45,887 nucleotides of DNA from Coniocarpon cinnabarinum. Taxonomy: Eukaryota. Positions 24,531 through 37,816 of the stretch are shown in pieces. The stretch is taken from contig JAVECO010000179.1 of assembly GCA_051942205.1 (NCBI GenBank), forward strand, positions 1-45,887, in the 5' to 3' direction. How positions within the stretch are numbered: position 1 is the first letter of the stretch; every line of letters starts with the position of its first letter. Position numbers and translations under genes: made by a program. The notes under the pieces are model-generated. The model saw only the letters and a program-made list of their open reading frames with translations, had not been told where the DNA came from and searched no databases.

Positions 24531-26122
24531 AACAAGAATGCCCTAGCACAGGTTTTCATAACGCGCAACGGGCTTTACGGTCGTGTTCTTACTTTTCATA
24601 GCGCGCATTCCTTCAGCCTAAAGACTCATTTTCTGAACATACGTGAGATCAGGTGTTTCGATTGTAACGCTGAAGATACATGGAGATCCTATCAGCGTAC
24701 TCATCGTACTTGCTCTCGGCTATACACTCCAGACGACGCGATGGTGATTGAGAGTGCAGTACCGCCAGATCCGACCTGCATGGGCCGCAAGCATTTCACG
24801 AAGTCCTCACTTGACCTTCTTGGAACCAATGTAGATCCGTATCTTCGAGTAGTATGACAGCCGCATTTACTTCGAGAAATGTGCGACAAAATCGAAAGTC
24901 CCGGTAAAGTTTTCAAAACTCACCGAATTGAGATAGCGGTTACGCTGTTGCATTTGTGCCACGGTATCCGCTGCGGAAACCTGTCTTCGACTGTTGATTA
25001 TTCCCAGCCGCTTCACTTGCTCATTTAAAATGGTATAATCAGCATCAGAAAAATGCTAGAGATTGTTCGTCCTTTGAGGCGTAACACGATCATGGCACCA
25101 AGCCTGAATCAAGTGCCGGCGTAATCACCATGATGTCGAAAAAAAGGAGCGAAGTCATCAGCCGTCGACAATGCCGTAATCCCGCGCAGACTGTCTAGCC
25201 TCTTCCTCAAACGCCGGTGCAAACACCAGACACTCAAAGAAAAGACAAAAAAGTTCGCGTCAGCCTAAGGTAGTGCCTAAAATATCAGTCGTGAAACCCT
25301 CAGCAAATGACAAAGCACGCTCACAATAAAGGCGACACCGTGCGACCGCACTACAGGCAGGGCAAGGCAAGGCCAGTAGTGGGTCGCGGGATCCAAAAAT
25401 ACATCTGCATCGTTTCATGACCATACTACACTCGTGAGCTTAAAATTGCCTGACTGAGGGAAAGAAGGGAAGAAGAGGAAGGAGATCGGAAGTAGTGGGC
25501 TCTATATGTCTTGGCGGGAAAGGGTTGATGCGGCTGGCTAGACTGGATGTGGAATCATCAGGCGAGAGTGATAGGCAGCTTTTGACACGTGAAGACGGTG
25601 CAGGTGGTAGAGATTTCTTTCTGGCTGGCATGTGGTTGAGATTTTGGGGTGCAAGTGACAGGATGAGGGTGAGTCTTGGCACTGAAGAAGTGAAGAAGGC
25701 CGCCACAGCTGGCGAGGCATATGAAGAACTAGAAAGCCTGTATATTGTCTGTGTTGGCGCCGAGGAGACTGCAGATGGCAAGTGTGCGGATCATTGATTG
25801 GCAGCCATCGACTCGGCCTTGCGTAAGCTTTGGGAAATAGAGCAAGTGACGCCCCCATATGGTCCAACCAAGGGAGTTGGGCTCAGGGTGCTTCGCGTTG
25901 ATGTGATGCAGAGGCAGCCTTGCGAATATCTTGATATCTGGAGCGGGTGACGTGCCTCGATGGTGCAAGCAGTAACAGCAGCTGTTATCAATTAGAACCC
26001 ACTGCCTTAAGAGGTGCTGCAGCTATGCTGATGTATGCGGCCAAAGTTGTGAGTGAGCTTCAAGTCTGAACCAAACGAGATCACCCACAGAATCTCTGTC
26101 TGACCCAAAGTCGAAACATTGA

Positions 26123-26703
26123 TCAACTCTGCTTTCGGCTGTGCCGACTCAAAGAGCCCTCGAGAGGGCGGCAACTGGTGAACGCGAGGGCAATTTTCGC
26201 TTCTGCTTCTTCCCTCCACCAAAACGCCTTGATCTACCCCTCTGACATTAGTACTTGCTTCCTTCTACGTCCTCTTCGCGCGTCCGAAACACATACGCCC
26301 CATCGCCTTTGCAGCCGTAACGCATCTCTTGCGCTCAAGCGCGCAAGATATGAGGTCCCCTGCGTCTGCTCGAAGTCCTCGCAAAATGAACCCGATGCTG
26401 CATGACCGTTGATCTCACTGCGAAATCGAAAAGCACCCTTTCGGTCGAAGTGATCGTTGGTGAACGGACAGAGCTGCTCCGGAATGTCAAAGCAGAGGTC
26501 TAACTTCATGGCGTCGCCGAAAGCCTCGGAGAGGCGCTGCCGGCTTTGCGTCAGACTCAGCGCATCCATGGGGTCGTCTATCTGGAAGTATACGGTCTTA
26601 GAAAATTCGAGCCTTCAGACTGGAAGAGAGCAATCCCGCTTACTACGCTTGAAATCTGCAGCAATACCTCTGTGGGCATGTCAATCAATCGGGTCGGAGA
26701 CAT
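26123..26703 (-). CDS. Putative F-box-motif protein, possibly degenerate; 3' end unresolved
   Basis: ATG at 26703: MSPTRLIDMPTEVLLQISSV, intron 26643-26582 (GTAAGC...CTAAG...CAG), then IDDPMDALSLTQSRQRL in frame with ORF 26234-26569. This matches the F-box consensus L.DLP.E+L.QI...+...D.LSL....+RL. Confidence 0.45.
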
Positions 26704-27731
26704 GGGATTAGGCTGCTATAGTTCCGCAGTGTTGAGAGAGGGGGCGTCCCGGAGCAATATGTACCTCGCTCTTCAGATGCAGCACGGGTCACCTGGATTT
26801 TTGGGCCGGCAGAACACGCTTTGTTCGGGGGTCAAACCCTCATGTAGTAATAGCATCTTGCCGCGCACCCGACAGCTCAAAAGCACGTGTGTCAGCGGCA
26901 GTGTAGGACGAGACCGTCGGCTCGAAGCGGGATGCTGGTGAGATCTCACTCCGTTTGCGTCTGACGCTTGAGAGTTGCGCGCTAGACTTCGTGGGTGTCG
27001 GGCATCTGTACGCCGGTTCTTGGACACGCGACGGTGACTGTGTGCACTGAACGGGGCAATGCGCTGCTAAAGCCTGGCGAAGTCCGGTCAGTACGCCCAG
27101 GAGTCCTGATTAGTGTCACCTGGCCGCTCTTGCAATGAAAGTATCCTGGCTACAGAGGCGCGAGACGCCCACGACGCCCCAGAACAGGCAGTCTATGATA
27201 AGCATCGCCTCGGGAAATCTGGCACTGATACTGGTCAATGAGCCATGACTTACCTCATTTTCGGGGAGCAATGCACGCAACAAACGTTGTCGCGAAAGAT
27301 CGCCAACGGCTTGGCATCCCCTTAGAAGCATGTTAAAAATTGAAGATGATAGTATGTTAGTTGCGCTGTACGGAGCACTGTACGCTGAAATATCGTTGCC
27401 ACAATTTTCTACACCACGCATGCATGTCAGCAATGAGATGACGGGCCAGCCTTCGGAAGCTAATGGTAGCGTACCGCGGTTTGTCGGCGCGCACGTGGGG
27501 GCGGAAAAGACCCAGCACCCTGCCGGTCCTTCAAGAAGAAACGACTTCTATTACGTGGGATTAAACGCCCTCAGCTTTAAAGGCTCACAGGAAAATAGAA
27601 TTGTACCCGACGGAAGCCGAGCCGTCGCTGAACCGTTCATGATACACCGCGAGGGCAGCCTTCACTTGTAAATGCATCCCCGTTCTTCATCAAAGCCCCC
27701 CGCAGTCCTAGGATAGTCGCCATGTTTCATG

Positions 27732-29696
27732 CTATCGTATTGATGTTGCTGCTGTCGAGCGATCAAATACCCTCACTCGTATACCTCTGCTGCTTGGATG
27801 GGGATCACCAAGGAACGCATCACTGCAGTAGGCAACGTCGCGCTCGAAGTCAACATCGACAAGCTCGAAATCAAACCTCGTGAGTGTAGCACTCAGCGCG
27901 CGAAGAATCACGGCCCACGCGAGCCTGCCAACAACGTCAGCTTCGAGTCAATGGGCCGGCCCCTGGGACAGCTTAATCACCACAGGCTACGGCTACGCAT
28001 GGTGAAGGTGGTACACTTACTCCACACCTTGACAGCTCCGGTGGCCTCGGCCAAATGGTGTCCAATACTGGTCGAGGCGATTGTGAAGCCTGCCATTGTC
28101 CAGCCAACGGTCTGGACTCCACTTCTCGCATTCGGGATATATCGTTGAGTCCATCATGGTGTCGTCCACGGTCATGCTGATTGGAGTCTGTCGACGACTG
28201 TGAGCAGGTGACCAGACCTCTTGATCATAACAGGTATCATCTGCTACATACCCCGGCTGGAATCTTCCATTTGCCATACAAAAGGTCGGTCTCGCATATA
28301 AGAGGTATTCTTCCCGTGACGAGATGAGATACACGTAGCGTCTCTTTTACGCACGCAACCTGAGGCGCGTCAGTACTTCACAGAACTGTACGCGGCAGTA
28401 TTTAAAACGAGTACCAAGAGTGGGAGCTTTTCAAGGATTTGATAATCGAGCCAGTCGGTCTCGACAGCTGCCACAGAGTCCAGCTCCTGCTGCACACGAG
28501 TTAAGAACGACTTATCGCTGAAGAGGTAGTAAATGACGTAAGTCAAGGTGCGAGAAGTAGTCTCAAGTCCCGCAATGAAGACGTTGAATCCCTCCTGCCA
28601 AAGCCTGCAAAATGCTTTTTCCTCTTCAGGGAGTGCAGAGCTCCCTCGTATCGCGTGAAATATTGTTGGTGGAAAGTCTGTACGCTTATAGTCGCCTTGT
28701 ACTGGCCCCTTCTTGCCGATCTCGAAGTCACTAGCTTGCTCACGAGCAAACTTTACACTCGCAATTTTAGTATGGCAAGTCGAATAAAGCACGAAGGCTA
28801 TGACGTACCTGATGCATGTCGAAGAGTCTTGCCAGCCTTTGCGATATCGCTGCCACCATCGGCCGAGGTAATCTCATCCCTAGTGCAACGACCCAGGGAA
28901 ACTGCTTGACCAGCAGCGTCACCTGTGGGATAGCTTTGGTGGTATCGTACCAGTCGCCAAGCGCCTCTCGATTAGTTTGATATTCCAACCCTGTTCCCGC
29001 AAAATATCGGGATGCGAAAACACTCGTGTATGCCAGAAATATCTCCCTAATATCTCGGACTTCGCCGGTCTTTCGAGTCTCCTCAAGGCTCTCACACAAG
29101 CGAGCGACTTCACCTTTCAAAGTGTCTTGTACGGGACCGTACATGGCTCGCTTGGAGAACATTGGTAAGTTGGCAGCCCGACGGCGCTTGTGCGTGTCGT
29201 GATCGGCAGTACCAAAGGCTAAATACCGTGAGTACAACATGGACAATGGAGTGCTATACTGACTGAGCGTACAGCTGTGGGGAATACCCGTCATTTTTGC
29301 AGCAGCAGTAGGCTTGTGTCGTCGAGCTGGGCCCGTTGTGTAGAGGGTAGAGCCAAAGTCGCGGTCCTTGACATGGACTTCGTCGGGATTGATGCGCACA
29401 ACCGGACCTTTGGATTTGGTTACAAACTTCAAAGTCCCTCGTTATAACACACAGATTCTTCGCATACCATACTCACGATGCATGGCCTCTATTTCCATGC
29501 TGAATTTCCCCCGCGGGTACTTCAAGAGATCGAAATAGAATTCATACCATTTTGTCATGGCTGCTAATTTGCGTCCCGGAAGCCCAGCGAGAGGATGAAG
29601 TGTCAAACGGTAAAGGCATAGTGTAACGCCATAGACAATGAGGATGGCTACGAAACCAGCAGTATAATGTAGCCAGCCTGATTGCTGCACGTACAT
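27732..29696 (-). CDS. Cytochrome P450, trichodiene-oxygenase (TRI4/CYP58)-like, 7 exons
   Basis: [38 protein letters not shown]-helix AGLETT, ExxR KETLR, PDRW and heme motif PFGRGHRSCQG. Splices to an intact frame ending ...GIRVRVFDRSTAATSIR*. Confidence 0.9.
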
Positions 29697-30423
29697 GGCG
29701 TGCTCTCAACTCAGTCCCGGAGAAAAGATATGCAGAAGATAGTCAAGATCCCCTGGGCTCGAAAAGATTGTTGCAGATTACAAGAAAGAAAGAAAGGAAC
29801 GTTAACCTGCTCAACAAACATAGCAAGCTCTGCAAGGTCACGTTGCACCCCGCTCGGAAAAGGCCGCAGAGCGTGCTACGCAAGTGTCCGCTGCCCGAGA
29901 TCGAAGCGCAGCGGGATGTGGATACCATGGGATGTCATCTGCTAGCTTTCTGGTAGTCTGCCTTTCCCGCGTTACTGAGTGGGGATTACAAGCTGTGTAT
30001 GGACACCCGCATTGATCATCAATCGAGGCAGCGGCGGGGCGTTGAGATTAAAACTTTTAGCCGTCTTGACTCAAGACCTTAGCTACTCGTGCTATCGGAG
30101 CAAAGGCGCTTGTACAGGATCACTGTGAAGGTCCTGCGCAGGCGTACACGCACATTGAAGAATCATGACTACCATCCTACGCTACGATAGCTTCCACCGA
30201 CTGAGATGGAGATGTTGCATGTCGTGGCGATACCCATTTCTCACGGCACACCTCCGCTCAGGGGTGCAACGTTCATCTACTCTAGATTAGGCATTTCGAG
30301 GAGCCACAAATACGTTCATTTCGCCACACGCCACAGAGATAGACAGAAGGCATCGTAATAAATACCAAGAGATTACGAGCAAAGCTTGAAGATTAGTTGT
30401 CGCAGGTTTCGGAGCAGTAATCC

Positions 30424-32522
30424 TCATCGTCCCTGATGGATATCCTCCGCGATCTTTTCAGCTAGAGCGTCTGTTCAAAAATTAGTGCATTTTCAAGCCC
30501 GCTCCATCCGCTTGGGGGGATTGCAAAACTCACAGACGGTGCTTTGTGGGTGTCCAGGTGGTAGCAATGGGAACGCACTGGCATCAACGACTCTCAGCCC
30601 GTTGACTCCAATCACCTTCGCGTTGGAGTCGACTACAGCTTCCGTATCGTTGCGAAGCCCCATTCTGTTCGTACCAGCTGCGTGATATACTTGCAATGCG
30701 ACTCTCTTGATCTCATTCAAGATTTGTAGATCTGTTGACACATTCGTCCCCGGATAGACTTCAGAGCCCAATAACACCGGCTTCATCGTAGATGACGTGT
30801 AGATCTGTCGAGCATACTTGTAGCTAGCCACTGCGACCTCTTGGTCTCGTGCGTCTGCGAGCCAATTGGGATTCACGACTGGATTTATTGTGGTATCGTT
30901 GGAGGATATGGTAACATTGCCGCGAGAGAAGGGAGCAACAAGAGCGGCGAGGATACCGGCGTAATTTTTGCCATCTACAGGCTGCAAATGATGTCAGTGC
31001 TGCGCTTGGACTAGATGTTCGCCCATAGACTTACACTATCGGCAAGCTCATCTGCGAATGTACCAGCGTAGGCACCAATACCAATCATCTCAACAGTGGG
31101 CCAGTCGGCCGCAAAGTCAGTGTGAAGGTTATTTTGTGTATCGGACGACAAAAGCTCATCTGGCAGATGATCGAATGCAACAAGATCGGCGCCCCCCGAA
31201 GTGAGAAGCCCAGTTCGATTGGCCTTGTACAGTTGAAGCTGCTCGGCTGCGAACTGTGGGTTTGAAAGTCTTCCGGCGGTAAGCACGTCGACGTTGTAAG
31301 TGGGGCCAAACAGGACGTGATCCCACATGTTCTGGCCAACGCCAGGTCGGTCCGCAATACATTCAATGCTGTTTGCTTGCAGCGTTGCAGCTGGTCCGAT
31401 GCCAGACACCATAAGCAACTGAGGTGATCGAAAAACACCAGCAGAGACAATTACCTCCTTGTTGGCGACAAGTTGATATTGCAGTCCAGCCGTTTCGACG
31501 TTAACACCAGAGGCAGACTTGCTCCTGTCGAATGCAATGCTTTTTGCAAGCGTGCTCTTATACACTATAAGATTCGTCGTTTGCAATAAAGCTTCTCGCA
31601 GGAATGATGTTTCTGAGGAGCTTCGTGTCTGCGTCGTTGGCTCGATCGAGTTTGCGATATAAGACCATCCAAGAAGATTCCCGTCCATGAAACTAGGCAC
31701 TTCCCTTAGGCCAAAAGCCGAAAAGGCAATTGCAAGCCATGATGATATTGCATTGACCCATGAGGCGTAGCTGACATGAAGCGGACCCCCGAGAGGACTG
31801 AAGTTGCTTTGATTGTACAGAACGCTTGCGTTTTGAGGCCTGCCAGACGGCGGTGTGAAGTTTACGCTGCGTTGAAAATATGGAAGAAAGTTTGGGAATG
31901 AGTAAGATTGGTCGTCGACTGCATCAGCCCATTGTTGATAAGATCCCGCAGTCCCTCTATAGTCTGAGTCAAGTTTTCATACATGTGTTGTCGGCGTGTA
32001 CAACTGTTAGAGAGTACGTACCGATGAAACCACATCGAGTTTCTTACACTACCACCCCCCAGTACCTTGCCTTGAGCATACGCTTGTATTTTTCCATTTA
32101 AACCCTGTAACCCGCGTTACGTTATGTAATATTGGCATTGCGATCAGCTGGCTTACAGATTGTGGCGTAGTATAAACCATCCAATCGATGAGTGGATTGA
32201 TCGAAGCGGGAGAGCTTCCGATCCCATACCCAGCATCAGACGGAATTTGACTGTGATTGCCATTGTCCAGCTCGGCCAAAGATCCTGCCTCAATCACTGC
32301 AACGGAGCTCGATGCATTAGCCGCCAGTCGACGAGCAAGGGTCAGGCCAGCAGTGCCGCCACCGACTATAATGTAATCAAATATTTCTGGAGTTCCAGGT
32401 ACGCCGAAATGCGACCCAAGTAGCCCTTGAGCCCGGAGATCCTCTGTGAGCTGAGCTTGCAAGTACGTGACGAACCCGAAGAACACGCAGAAAAGCCATC
32501 GCGATTGGTGATCAAGCTGCAT
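30424..32522 (-). CDS. Secreted GMC oxidoreductase (AA3; PatE/versicolorin B synthase-like), 5 exons
   Basis: N-terminal hydrophobic signal, FDYIIVGGGTAG, GKVLGGGS, EVIVSAGVFRSPQLLMVSGIGP, PGVGQNMWDH, catalytic YHAAGT and GLRVVDASAFPLLPPGHPQSTVYALAEKIA. Many NxS/T sites. Confidence 0.92.
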
Positions 32523-33829
32523 GATGACTCTTTTGACCTACGCCAGGCGGACGTTCCAGCTCTCACAAGCCATGAAAATTGGGCATTTGTAGGCACAAAG
32601 TGGCAGCCTCTTCACATGAAGAATGTTCACCATGACCTCATGGCTGCAGCAAAGCAGGCATCGTGAGTGCGAGCTCTCCGCGGGAGCAAGTTTCATTCCG
32701 CAAACACTCACTTTCCCTTGCTATTGGCAATAAAGGAGCAGCAGCATGCAGCCACAGTGTGGTCCGAGAGCAAAGATGCAATCGCCGATGATTATGCGGC
32801 GTTGGTGGGGACTCCGTCGTCTTCACAACACTCCCTGCTTTTGGCGTCGTGGGACTCCCTCAGCTCAATTCCTGAGACATGTAAAATGGCACACGTGGGG
32901 CCAGAGCGAGAGCACAACTAATCAGCGTGCTGCCTCGTTCCAAGATGCGCCCGTGTGGTTGCCTGTCACGTACTTCCCATGTCATGTTCGTGATTCTTCC
33001 ATTGGGTGGAGATGACAATGACGTCAGACTCTACACAACGTGCTTCGCCGCTGCAACGCCTCATCACCTCTGCCAGAAAAACATTGGCCAAGCAAGAGAA
33101 CATACAGTCTTACACACAGTATTGACGCTGGTGCGGCCAGGAAGCCGTCGATGAGTTTGAAAACGTCAAAGAGCCAGCGAAACAAGCATCAGTCGAAGCG
33201 ATAGAAGACAAAGAATTGACGCGGATGTAGCGAGCCATTCGTGGAGACGCGGGAGCAACCGTTACAGCTCCAGGGATGGTGCTGAGCCTCATACTTGCAC
33301 GAGGCACCGGGCGCTGAGCCATTTGCAGCAGTCCTAGAGCTCCACTCGCACCAACCCTCTTGTTAGGTCATGTCGTTGCGTCCGCTACTCGCGACAGCGA
33401 TGATCGCCACAGGTCACACGTGAATCCACTTGCGCTTGACAGACGTGCTTCCCGCGATGCAGGTCTATCTGAATACCAGATGATAGGTCATCTGCGGGAA
33501 CTAGGTTTGTCTCGGAAGAAGTCGACTGAATGATCTACTTGATGGGGCCCACAGTAGCTTCCTCAGCATTTACCGACTTTTAGAACCTCGCTGCTGTGCC
33601 TCTTTGATTAGGAATGCTCGTACTTTTGGCGATGCGGCCACGACTGCTATAATATGAATCATGCCCTAATAACAGTACAGATGAGCTTCCCTTTTCGTAA
33701 AGGAGGCGCTCTCAACCGTGGAAATGACATTTTAACTCCTGCCTTGTGCACCTACAGCTTATGGGCATTGCGTTTGTGTAGGAAACAGCGCGGGGTCTCT
33801 TCAGCTCCGACCCCCTACCACACTCAGAT

Positions 33830-35179
33830 ATGCTCCTTTCACGGAGAGAGACGTTACCCTCATATCCTGGCCAAAAAACACTGTTCGGACTCAACACTGC
33901 TTTTCTTGGGCTTGCTGTTCTCGCAGTGGCGTTGCGCTTCTTGGCTCGATGGCTGAAGCGCATCCGCATCGGTTTGGACGATTGGTTCATTGTTGCGGGC
34001 ACGGTACGCACCAAACAAGCAAATGGCTGTGGAAGAGAATACACTAATTTTCACCTAGATTGGTTTTGCGGGCCAATGCGCCTGCGTGTATCACAGTTAG
34101 TATGAACATGATGTGCGAGCAGGCTCGACGTTGCTCAAATACAACAGTGATCTTGCATGGTCCTGCAGGGCTCCCAAAGGAGGAAATAACGCCATCTGAA
34201 GGGGTCGAGTTCAAGAAGGTTAGCTGGATGACGTCCAACGCTTGGCTTCCGCTACTCACTCATCCTGTATAGCTGCAATTCTACGTGCAATTTCCATATG
34301 GTTTATCTATGGGCTTCACTCGTGCATCTATTGTTGTGCTGTTATATCGCATCTTCTCAACCAGAAGCTTCCGAAGGATATGTATGCAGCTCCCACGACG
34401 AGAAAGCGAAGAACTTCAGCATACTGATTATTTGGAATCCAAGGCCTTGTTATCCTGGCGTTCATATTACTCTGGACAGTATACGTTGTCGTGGCAGCGC
34501 TGACTGTGTGTCACCCGATTGCCAAATACTGGGATGATTCATTACCAAAAGGCACTTGCGGAAATCAAAACGGTTCTTATATTGCAATATGTGCCTGGGG
34601 AATAGCGCTCGATGTAGCTATTTGGACAAGTCCCATACCCATGATTTGGAAACTGAACATGCCTCGCGGGCAACGAACAAGCTTGATGCTCCTATTCGCC
34701 CTGGGACTTTTGTATGAATCAACTGTGAAACAATTTGCAAGGCCACAGAGCGTACTGACTTGGACTATAGCGATATTGTCACTGGTGTTATGCGCCTTGT
34801 GGTCACAGTCATTGGCCCCGCGAACATAATCGAAGAAGGTCTAATCTGGGGGATCTTAGAACCGTCGATCGCTATTTTGGTGGCTTGCTTCCCGATGTAC
34901 AAGTCTCTTTTGGAAGCTCTGGGAATAATCAGCCGCATACAATCAACCATAAAATCTCTTCGAAATACCTCGAAACGAACCACCGAGCTTTACACGCAAA
35001 TGGATGAAGACAATATTGAGCTTGTTAAGACGCAAGGTTCACAGCGAGATCACCCTTCTGCGGTGAAACCACATCATAATTTCTCCGAAGCGACTGCAAC
35101 ATCCCAGACCACGGACGCTCACGTGGTTCCCTCCAGAGGGATTGCTGTGCAGAAAGATATCACGGTCAGTAAGGGCTGA
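33830..35179 (+). CDS. PTH11-like (fungal rhodopsin-domain, SAT4-type) integral membrane protein, 6 exons
   Basis: AVALRFLARWLKRIRIGLDDW, RASIVVLLYRIF, CHPIAKYWD...GTC, DVAIWTSPIPMIWKLNM and WGILEPSIAILVACFP. Five GT-AG introns restore a single frame. Confidence 0.88.
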
Positions 35180-35610
35180 ATCGGAACAGCAATGGAGGTT
35201 TGGTTTGCCTCATCTATCGTAATTGAGTAAATTGGAGGGCAGATATAGGTGCACACCACCCAGGCGTATGATGTGGGGTGTATTGTGAACCGATGTACGT
35301 ATTGCAATCTACCTTATTAAGTAGAATTTGAACGACAAGAATGCCAATTGAAGAACTGAAGGTCATTTTGCAAAATTTACATACCTGACATGCAGCCAGG
35401 CTGTATGATGCGTCGGTTGTGCCTAGCTTCCGAGTAAATTGCAAGTGAACGTAAAATACTGCAAGGTCCGACATGAAATGAGGCTTGACGTATGTTGTTG
35501 CGTCATCTTCAGAACCTACATTTAATGCTTCCTCGATGGCGCTCTTTTCTGCATGGATTTTGAACATACGTGAAACTCATCGTGAGGCGACGAAACGGTT
35601 CAATTCAAGC

Positions 35611-37532
35611 ATGGCTCTCATCTCACGCACATATGATAGAATGAGCGGTAGGGATGCTCTCTTGTTCATCGCACTGAGTGTTCTCGCGTTCTTTATAGTC
35701 CAAGTCGTTCACCGTCTCTGGTTCCATCCCTTAGCGAAGTTTCCCGGCGACAAAATTGCTGGAATAACGAAATGGTACGAATTCTACTATGATGTCGTTA
35801 AGAAAGGTGGAGGCCAGTACACATACGAAGTGGAAGAAGCACATCGAAAATATGGTCAGTCTGCACACTTCAGGCAACAACCACATCGAGAAACTCATTA
35901 GTTCAGGGCCGGTCGTTCGCATCAACCCAGACGAGATCCATGTCTCTGATCCTGAGTGGTACGAAGTATTATACACAACTCGTGGAAAGGTAAATATCGA
36001 GCAGTGGAATCGATAACCCGAGAAGGCTGACGCTTATGGCAGCGGGACAAGTATGGACCTGCAGCAAAGATGGCTGGAACGCCTCTTGGGAGTACGGACC
36101 TCGGAACATCTCACAAGATATACATGTTAACCAACCATACCAGCGTTCGGCACAGCTCAACACGAACTGCACCGCCGCCGCCGTCATATTATTGCACCTC
36201 TCTTCAGCAAACGTTCCATCAACCACTTGACCCCGATCATTCGGAACCAGACCGATAGACTCTGCAATAGCCTCGAGTCTCTCTCACTTTCCAGTGCTTC
36301 TGGCATTGTAGAGTTGAGGCCTCGATATCTTGCATTTGCAACCGATATTATTTGTGCGGCGATCTTGAAAGCCGCGCCGCATCCTCCCCTGCTTTCGGAC
36401 AAACAATCGCAGGATGAGTGGTTTGCGACTATACTAGCCGTCGAGCATTTGACGCCACTCGTCAAACAATGCTCTTGGCTACTACCAATTGCGATGAAGT
36501 TGCCGGTGGGCCTTTTCCGGCGAACATTAACAACACTGGCAAGGGTCTTGGCGCTGCATCAGCAAATGGAACAGATAGCCCAGGAGCAACGTGCAACATT
36601 TGATGGCAATCAAGATGGAAATCAAAAGCACGCCACGGGGAACGCACTGCCTTCTAGTATCTTTGAAGCAATTTACAGATCAAATGAAGACGTGTTTGAG
36701 AAGTCGGATGAGAGAGTAGCGCAAGAAGGGTTGGTGGTGATCGGGGCTGGTGGAGAGACTGTATCTCGAGTACTCAGTTGCGCGACGTTTCACATTCTGG
36801 ACAATCCCGGAACATTGACCCGATTGACAGAAGAGTTGGATGGAGCGTTCGAAAAGCGGTCGAACGCACAATTTGATTTGAAAAAACTGGAGGAGCTCGT
36901 ATGGTTGGTGAGTAAACATGTCTTGATCCGTCGTCTTCCTGCGGCTTATACATTCTTCTAGACTGCCGTTGTGAAAGAGTCGTTGAGGATATCGGCGGTC
37001 ATATTTTCACGCCTGCCACAAGTGGCGCCCGAAGATGACTTGATTCATGGCGAATGGCGAATACCAGCAGGGGCAAATCTGATGTCGATGTTTGCATCGC
37101 TTATGTGCTGACGATTGCTAGACTCCAGTGAGCATGACTCCCGCGAGACTGCTACTGAACGAAGACTGCTACCCAGGAGCTCATCATTTTCGGCCTGAGC
37201 GATGGCTTCCAGCGTCGAACAGTAGAGAAAAGGCGGAGAAGTTCTTCGTTACATTTCATAAGGGTAGCCGGAGCTGTCTTGGTGTAAAGTAAGTGCGAAC
37301 GGGGGAGTCCCAGGCTTAGCACTGTTCGAACTAATAAAACGCTGTCAGCCTTGCATACGCAGAGATATACTTTGCCATTGCTACGCTCTTCCATCGCTAC
37401 AACATGAAGCTTGTTGATACGTTTAGAGCAAGGGACATCGACCATGCCCGCGATTATTTCGTAGGCGAGCCCACTCCGGGGAGTCATGGCGTAAAGGTCC
37501 GACTAGCTTTACGTTATCCAAGCAGAAATTGA
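35611..37532 (+). CDS. Cytochrome P450, trichodiene-oxygenase (TRI4/CYP58)-like, 7 exons
   Basis: [54 protein letters not shown] and heme motif [11 protein letters not shown]. The model needs a GC-AG intron at 37073-37121. Start is ATG 35611 or 35641. Confidence 0.88.
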
Positions 37533-37816
37533 CCTGGAGGTCATGGACAGGGATCCTTAACAGACCTCAACAATGCGTCTCATGTGCTGGTCGCTCACAT
37601 GTTTATGCACATAGTCCTTTGGCCACATGCATTTAAGCAAGCAAAGCTGCGAGAGCAGTGGTAACAGTACCTTACGCTCTGCAAGAGATCACGTCATACT
37701 GTTGCTTGCGCTCTTGTCCACGGCTGTTTACGGGCTGCTGTCTGAAACTGGACCAGATGAACGAATTTCGATTTACGGTGTTTATGATTAAAGTTCCAAT
37801 GATGCCACAATATACA

